Source: Monosiga brevicollis MX1 (lineage: Eukaryota). Taken from it: 64,000 nt of DNA. Shown here in pieces: positions 57,001-64,000 of the stretch; position 1 is the first letter of the stretch; each line of letters starts with the position of its first letter. The translations under genes and the position numbers were made by a program. Where the stretch lies: NCBI RefSeq assembly GCF_000002865.3, contig NW_001865080.1, forward strand, positions 123,716-187,715, in the 5' to 3' direction. Under the pieces are notes generated by a model. The model saw only the letters and a program-made list of their open reading frames with translations, was not told the origin of the DNA and did not search any database.

Positions 57001-60000
57001 ACGCTGTTGCGGCCACCTCCGGGCTTGCCCATTGCTGCAAGGTAGCCCAGATCACGCAAAAACTTCCAGGTCAGGTCTTTGCCGCGATCGTACAGGCCGC
57101 CGCGCTCCAATAAAAGCTTCAAGAGCGCGATGGGCTGCTGGGTGCCGTAGGTATCGACCTGCGGCATGTTCATGTCGTCAATGAACACCATCAAGCGCTT
57201 GCCCGGCGTCGGACCGTAAATGTCCTTGGTACGCTTCTCCACGTTGGCCTCAAGGTTGCGTTGTACGTCCAGTGAGGTCGTGCGGCTGCTAAAGTTCATG
57301 TTCAAGACGAGATTGTGCTCTGGGTCGAGCGAATTGAGGAAGGCTGTGGTGGTGGCCGTCTTGGAGGTACCGGCCTCACCCACCAGCAGCACCGGCCGCT
57401 CAATCGTCGTTTGCAGGCGCAGCAGCCAGGACGTACGAACCGTGTCCACCGTAGGCACGAGAATTTCGTGGAAGGGCCGGGTGACATCGTGCTCGTATGA
57501 GGGTACAACTGCCTCCCACGGGACCCAGCGTCGCGCTGCAAGATCAAAAAAGTACTCGTAGAGCGTGGCCTTGTCGCCCGGTAGTGACCCGGGACCTGCG
57601 GCGCCGCTCACGCTCATGCCGCTCAGGCGCTTGACAAACTTGTCAAAGATGGGGCGGTCGCTCTCAATCAGAGTAGCACCCAGGCTCCAGATGATGCTGC
57701 TCTGAAACACGGCCTCGAGGACTTCCGTCTCCATCTCGCCCGTGGCGGGAAGTTGCGCCGTCAATAGATTGCAGAGCTGGGCCACCATGTTCAGGTTGGT
57801 CTGAGGAATGATGCAGCGGAGGCGGGCGACGGCCTGCTCCTCATCGAGGCCATCCAGGATGCGGTCAATGCTGGCCGGGATGTACTTGTCAAAGAGGAGA
57901 TGCAACTGGCCGCGCTCCGTAGCCTCGGCACGAGCATTCACCCAGCGCTGCCAGTATGGACGATAACCCAGGTTCTTCGGGTCCACGTAGACCATACCGC
58001 ACCGAGAGATGGTGGCAGGCGAGGCGTATTGCAGGTCGGCAACCTCAACCAGCAGAGCGCAGTGGGCCGCTAGGCGGATGCGCTCGCCGTTGGGCAGCGT
58101 GAGGACTTTGTTGTCGTCCATGACGCTGTTCATGTTTTCGACCCACAGGGCGTCGACGTCGCCATCAAAGACAACGTAGCGCCGCTCGTTCTTGTCTGTC
58201 GGCTTGCAGATGTCACGGAAAATCTTGGAGAGGAGACCATCTGTCCAGTCGCGGGTGACGGGGTCCAGGACACCGTACAATTCGCTGATGTTGATGGCCT
58301 TGGCGTTGAGCGTGTAGAGCTTGGTGGTGAGCCCCAGCAGGGATTGCGCTTGGGCCAGGGCATTGATGACCACAGACTTGCCGCCACCCGTGTTTCCGAC
58401 CACCATGCTCGTGTGGCGAGTGAGCATGGTCTCGTACAATTGCACCACCTTGTCCACTTGGACGTCATCAAGGATGTAGCGGTTATCAAGCAGCACCTTC
58501 TCGACGGCATCGTTGAAGTCGGGGTAGCGCACGCGAGGGCAGTCCAGACCCGGAAAGAGATCGGCAATCAGGCCCTTGAAGAGAGGCACATCCTCGAAAA
58601 CAAACTTGGGCAGGTTCATGTCGCGCAGGGCGCGCATGAGCACGACGTCTTCGCTCAGGTTAGGGCTGCCGCGCTTGAGCTGCCCGGCCATAACCAACAC
58701 GGCTTTGAGGGCGCGCAGACCAAAATCGTAGTGATACTGCTTGGAGAGCTGGCCCTTGGCCAGCTTGTACAGCACCGTCATCTTCTTGGCCAGGGTCGAG
58801 GCCATAAGGAAACCCTCACTGAAAAGCATGATTTCGCAAATTTGGAGAAGATCCGGTACAATGACGACGACCGGCCGGAAAAGCGCCTTGACCGACTCGG
58901 GCAGCTCGGTACGACCGGCATAGCCTGGGTTCATGGTAATGAAGATACCCACGCGGCTATCCAAGCCAATCTCGGTGCCTTCAAAAAGGAAGCGGTTGAG
59001 CTTCATCATGAGTGCACTGCGGATGGTTTGGAGCTGGGTGGAGATGACCGAGAGCACAGACACGTCAATGCGGTTAAACTCGTCAAAGCAGCCCCAAGCA
59101 CCGCACTGGGCCAGGCCACTGAAGATCTTGCCGACGGCCTTGAAGTCCATGCCCTCGCCGCAGTTGGTGACAACGCAGAGCAGACCCATGGCCTTGGCCA
59201 AGTCCTTGACCGTCTCCGTCTTGCCGGTACCGGCGGGACCAGCGGGCGCACCACCCAAGAACATGGACAGCGCCTGTGTCAGGGTGAGGTAGATGCGATC
59301 TGTCAGAGGGGTGATGACAAGGCGGCCATTGAGACCCATGTACTCGTAGCCGTAATCAAAGCTACCGGTGCACTGGCGGATAACGAGATCATCGGCGTCG
59401 CGCTCCCAATAGAAGCGGAGCTGTGACTCCCACTCAAACTCGCGAATGTCGAGGATACTGTCCCGCACGAAGCGGTCCACGATGTCGCGGGCATGAACAT
59501 CGATGATCAGCATGGTGTTGAATTTCTTGCGCTCGTTCTGGCTCAGGTCCGATCGGACCTTGACGACCATGTCGTCAATTTGACTGTTGAGGGCCCGACT
59601 GTACGTTTTCATGGCCTTTTTGTCGCCCTCGGCGACACGGCGGAAGACGTCCTCAACCTCCCAGGTCCACCAGACCTGAGAACCAGCAAGGCCGACCATG
59701 CCCTGGTAGCGGAGGATCCAGTCGGTTCGGCTCAGCCCGTCACTGCCGTACTGGAAAACAGCTTCTTTGGTGATGAGGCGGTTGGTGGCGCGGCTCTCGG
59801 CCAGCACCTCGGTCATCCACTCCTCAACCCGTCCGTCACAGACAACCGGATTCTTGAAGGCCATCTCCTCGCCCTCTGCGGAGATCATGCCGCTTGCCAC
59901 GTTGGCTGCGTTGCCTGTGCCAAAACGCAGAGCGGAAATGTTGTCGAACATCTTGATCATGTGCTCCTGCACGCAGGTGCTTTCGTGTGAGCCCAAGATG

Positions 60001-63000
60001 GAGAGCAGCTCGTCATCCGAGATGAAGAAGAAGCGCGGGAAAGCATTCCGCTTGGCATCGAGGTAATCGTTCAGGCCCTTTTGACAGGCATCCAGGTCGG
60101 CCTGGAGACCCGTAAGAATCTGGAGGCGGTTTTCAGAGACGCACGTGTCAACAACGTTGCGGCGCTGCTTGGCGTCAAGCATAATCTTGCGAAAGGCTTT
60201 GTCAATGGCGTCAAACTTCTTGGCCTCGTTGGGCAGTTGCTGGCGAATGTCACCGGCGGTAAAGATGCCCTCGAGATACATCCACTTGCGCTGGACTAGC
60301 ACCCACACGTCAATGACCTCGCCCACGAGTGAAAGCTTCTTCTCCCAGGACGTGACCTGCTCGCGAAAGGGGCCCACAAAGCGCGATGCGGCCATGGACT
60401 GCAGGTTCATGGCACCATCATCCAAGGCCAGCGTAATGTCGTCGGTGGCGCCGAGAACGACGCCACGCTCCTGTTCACCCTGCATGTAGCGGATAATGTC
60501 AAACTCCATGGTGCGCCACGTGTCCTTGACCTCGTTGAGGCCCTTCTCAATGCTGAGTTCCTTGGCCGCGGCTGTGATAATCTCGTCAATGGTTTCTGAG
60601 AAGCGATGCAACTCCATCTCAAAAAGCTTGCCCAGCGTGAAAGTGGTGGGGTTCATATCAAAGGTGATTTTGGTGGCCTCCATGAGGCGCTTCCAGTGCC
60701 GGGGTCGGAGTGCATCTGACTTGAGGTCTGTGAGCAGCGCTAGGGACCCCTTAAAGTCGCGCAGCTTCTCGGACAGAGTGCGCCAAAGGCTCGTGCTCCG
60801 CACCTCCTCCGACATGCGCTTCATACGCAAGATAAACTCATCTGTACCGGCAACCAAGACCTCGACGTTGAGGTCCGACCACAGTGTGGAGGACCAATCC
60901 GCGCGCTTGTCGCGCTGGGCCTGGTACACGGCGAAAATAACTTCCAGACGCTCCATGGTCGTTTGCAGTGCGTTGAGCTCTGGATAAGCCTGAATGTCCA
61001 TGCCAAAAAGCTGTTGTGCGTCCGTAAGCTCAGCGCGGGTCTCGGCCGCCGCAGCCAGCTTTTCGTGAAAGTCGTGCAGGCGCTTGAGGCCCTCGTCCAT
61101 GTCAGATCCGGAAGCTACTGGACCTGCAGCATCAAACTCCTCAACCAATGCCAGGGTGGACTTGTGAAAGGCCACAACCTCCTTTGCGGTGAGGCGGCTA
61201 AACTTGTGCTTGACCGAGACCAAGTCATCATCCACCTCGCGCGCTTCGCGATTGACACGCTCCCAAGCCGCGGTCACTGTTGCCACGATGCCTAGTCGCT
61301 CCTCGTCCACGTCAATGGCTGGGTACATGCGCAGCGTGCGGCAGCGCTCATGTAGATCCTCAAGGGCAAGCTGTATGTCCAGGCCACTGTCCTTGACCTC
61401 GGCAATCGCACGCAGGATCGACTTGAGCTTGTCCAATGAATCGGGCTCCAGCTTGAGGAGATTGGTCCACTGTTCAATACGCTCCTGTAGGCCGCTGGCC
61501 AGCTGCCAGACGGAATCGAGGAGAGCTTGGCCCAGGTTGTTGATCCAGGCATCGGCACCTTGAACTACAATGTCCTTGAGATGGTCAAGCTCCAGCTGAA
61601 CGAAGAGCACACTGTGCTGGCTGGGCATGGTTCGCACCTCGTCAGCTACAGTCAGATAGGCGCGCAGCTTTTCGTCAAACTCCATGCAAGAGGGCTGGTG
61701 ACTTGCAAACTTGTCGGCAGCACCCGCTTTATCAATCTTCCACATCGGACGGAAGCGCTTCCACTCGGAAAGGTAGTTGCCGACGAGCGCAAACATGCGG
61801 CGCACTGTCTGATCCAACTCCTCGAGTAGATTGAGCACGCGGCTGTCTTGGCAAACGTCGTCGTAGAACGAAAAGGGGGTGGGCTCGCCATCTGGTCCGA
61901 CGACAGGGGGCGCAGGTAGGCAGGTACCTCGCTGCCAGCGAATAAAAGCTTTGCACGTGTCAAGCATGTTGCGAAAGAAGCGTGAGAAGACCTGATAGAG
62001 CTCACTGGCTGAAGGAGCCAACGCAATTTCGGGAACCGACAACTGCACGTCCACGCTGCAGAAGATTTCAGGGTGCGTTCGCATGGCGTCCAGGCTGGCC
62101 TCGTAGTTGAGACGAACCATGTCCGTCAATGCCTCATAGAATTCGGATTCCCAGTGCTCGTAGTAGAGGACCAGGTTGGCCGCGCTCTCCTCACCCAGGC
62201 TCACAGCAATCTTGGACAGGAGGGGACCAACCGCTTGATAGCGCGCCACAAGCCCCTCCTCAATTTCAGCACGGTACGACTCGGCGGTCGCAGCAAATTC
62301 CATGACCTCGGGCACTTCCTCGTGCTCAAACGTCGGCAGAGTGCTGGCTGCCTCCAGCCGGGCATCGGCGACATTGACCGTGCCGGGAACTGGCGAGGAG
62401 GAGGCAGCAACAGCCGCTGCTGCGTTGGTCATGCTCCGCTGGTCCGCGGCAACCCGCGCGCGCTCATCCATGATGACGCTGTACGGAGCAAAAAGCTTGG
62501 CGTTGCGAATGTGCTCCACGTTGTATTGGATATCGGTTGCGATTTTCTATCATCATTTGGATAATATGTGAAAAAAAAAGGGGGGGGGGGGGTAAGCAAG
62601 AAGGAATGAGATTGTGGCATGAGCTTGAAAGGTCAGATGGCCACGCGGGATAGAATGGAACAGGAACACAATGCCAATGATTCACACCTGAATGGGATTC
62701 CAGACCGTCTCAAAGCGATCCATGGCGTCTTCGCAGCGACTCGCAAAGTCGGCCACGCCAAGCGAGGTCCAGTTGATGCGGGTCAGACCCGGGTAAATGC
62801 AGATTGTCAACTGCTTCAAATGCAGCGCCAGCAGGCGCTCGCTGGCCGCATCCAGGCTGCTGAGGACGCCATGAAGGCGGTCAATGACCAGTTGCAGTTG
62901 ATGCTGAAGTTGATGGTGTTTCTCATCTTGAAGAGTCAGATTGACGAGCTTCTCTGGCACTTGCAGCTCAAGAATGTCCAGGTACTTGGACTCGGCCATC

Positions 63001-64000
63001 AAGATGCGCAATTCGGGCAGGTAGTTGACTTTGAGGCGGGTATGACGATTGAACAGGGCGCTGGGATCTGGGATGACGTCGACGTTAGCGGCGAGCGCGG
63101 CTGCTCGGCTGCTGGCAGCACGCGCAGTGGAGGCGCTGGCCAGGGGCCCATTGCTGCCGGGCCCTGCAGTGAGCGTGAGAACGTTTTCTGCTAGCATGCG
63201 CGGCAAGCGCTCTTCAGCTCCGAGCGACCACTCTTTGTGGAGCGTGCGCTCGTAGCCATGAATATCGCGAGCAACCTCCAGGTATTGCGCGCTGACCAGA
63301 CGACCAGCCTCGGATTCCAGCAAGCTGGGACGCTCCTGGAACTTGATGATGGCCGACTTGATGCGCTCAAAGAGACTGCGCGCCCACTTGACCGAGCCCG
63401 CGACGGGCGGCATGTTGACGGCATGGGGCGGATCGGCCTTTTGCTCATAAAAGATGCGCTTGACCTCAGCCACTTCTTGCGCAAACTTTGCGAGAACATC
63501 CTCGTACTTGAGCTCAAGCTGGCGATTGATGGTCTCACGCGAGCGAATGTGCTGAAAGTTTTGCAGCATCTCAAAAGCCCCCTGTGCACTGCGCAGCGAG
63601 CGGAAGGACTCGTCGATAAACTGTACAGCCTGAGTTTCAATCTGAGCCACTTGTTCGTAGAAAGCGTCCATGCTTGCACCCCACTCGGTCGCATTATTCT
63701 GGGCAAGGCAAGGGAGATGAGGTGAGAAAAACAAAGACAGATTGCCCAAGCCTTGAGCAGCTCGTTGGAAGCGCGGAGATGTCTGACCTCGTCAAAAGGC
63801 TCAAACGGCAGTTCTGACACAAAGTTGACGAGTTTTTGCACACGCTTGACTACGTCTTGAATGACCTGAAAATCCGCGATGCATGAGGACAAGCGCCCAG
63901 CAGAGATTGGAGTACGACGAGCCCATTGATCACGCACGGCAGACCACGGTGCGAGTTATGCTACGAAGACGAACCTGCGGATTACCCGTCACCTTCTTGA
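51047..64000 (-). CDS. DNAH10: Axonemal dynein heavy chain, DNAH10 / inner-arm I1-alpha type, 5'-partial
   Basis: P-loops [44 protein letters not shown]...[13 protein letters not shown] and the C-terminus [22 protein letters not shown]...[13 protein letters not shown] match my recollection of DNAH10. Exons 51047-51688, 51915-62546, 62688-63698, 63788-63865, and one more running off the window. Confidence 0.93.

Noticed and set aside
52515..61829. Many 100-360 aa plus-strand ORFs over the dynein gene
   Set aside because: Antisense shadows of a GC3-rich coding sequence.

Overview
Eukaryotic, intron-rich, gene-dense draft-assembly DNA with three N gaps and many microsatellites. No prokaryotic features, RNA genes or mobile elements were recognised. 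Short GT-AG introns, an axonemal dynein, fascin and animal-like SH2/SH3 signalling parts point to a flagellated unicellular holozoan, most likely a choanoflagellate (inference). I built 16 gene models by hand from splice signals and reading frame: a 5'-partial non-RD TKL kinase, a GAK-like kinase, an F-box/ankyrin-like protein, a PI-phospholipase C, a THOC6-like WD40 protein, thioredoxin, NIP7, an orphan, ISCU, an ADAP/FYB-like adaptor, AP-1 mu, a small myristoylation-motif/PY protein, a signal-peptide 2-Cys peroxiredoxin, a PKC-like kinase, fascin and mitochondrial Hsp70. A 17th model, a 5'-partial DNAH10-type dynein heavy chain, fills the last 13 kb. The most striking content is rewired phosphotyrosine signalling. 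(i) The PKC-like kinase has no C1 domains, a C2 domain lacking its Ca2+ ligands, an acidic hydrophobic motif and an in-frame C-terminal SH2 domain; it lies next to fascin, which keeps the PKC-site motif SLKKKQ. (ii) The PLC has a PLC-gamma-like split-PH linker but no SH2-SH2-SH3 array, plus a long basic tail. (iii) The adaptor has an ADAP-type helically extended SH3 and about 17 tyrosine motifs. Family calls come from remembered motifs, not database searches. Exon boundaries are manual predictions.
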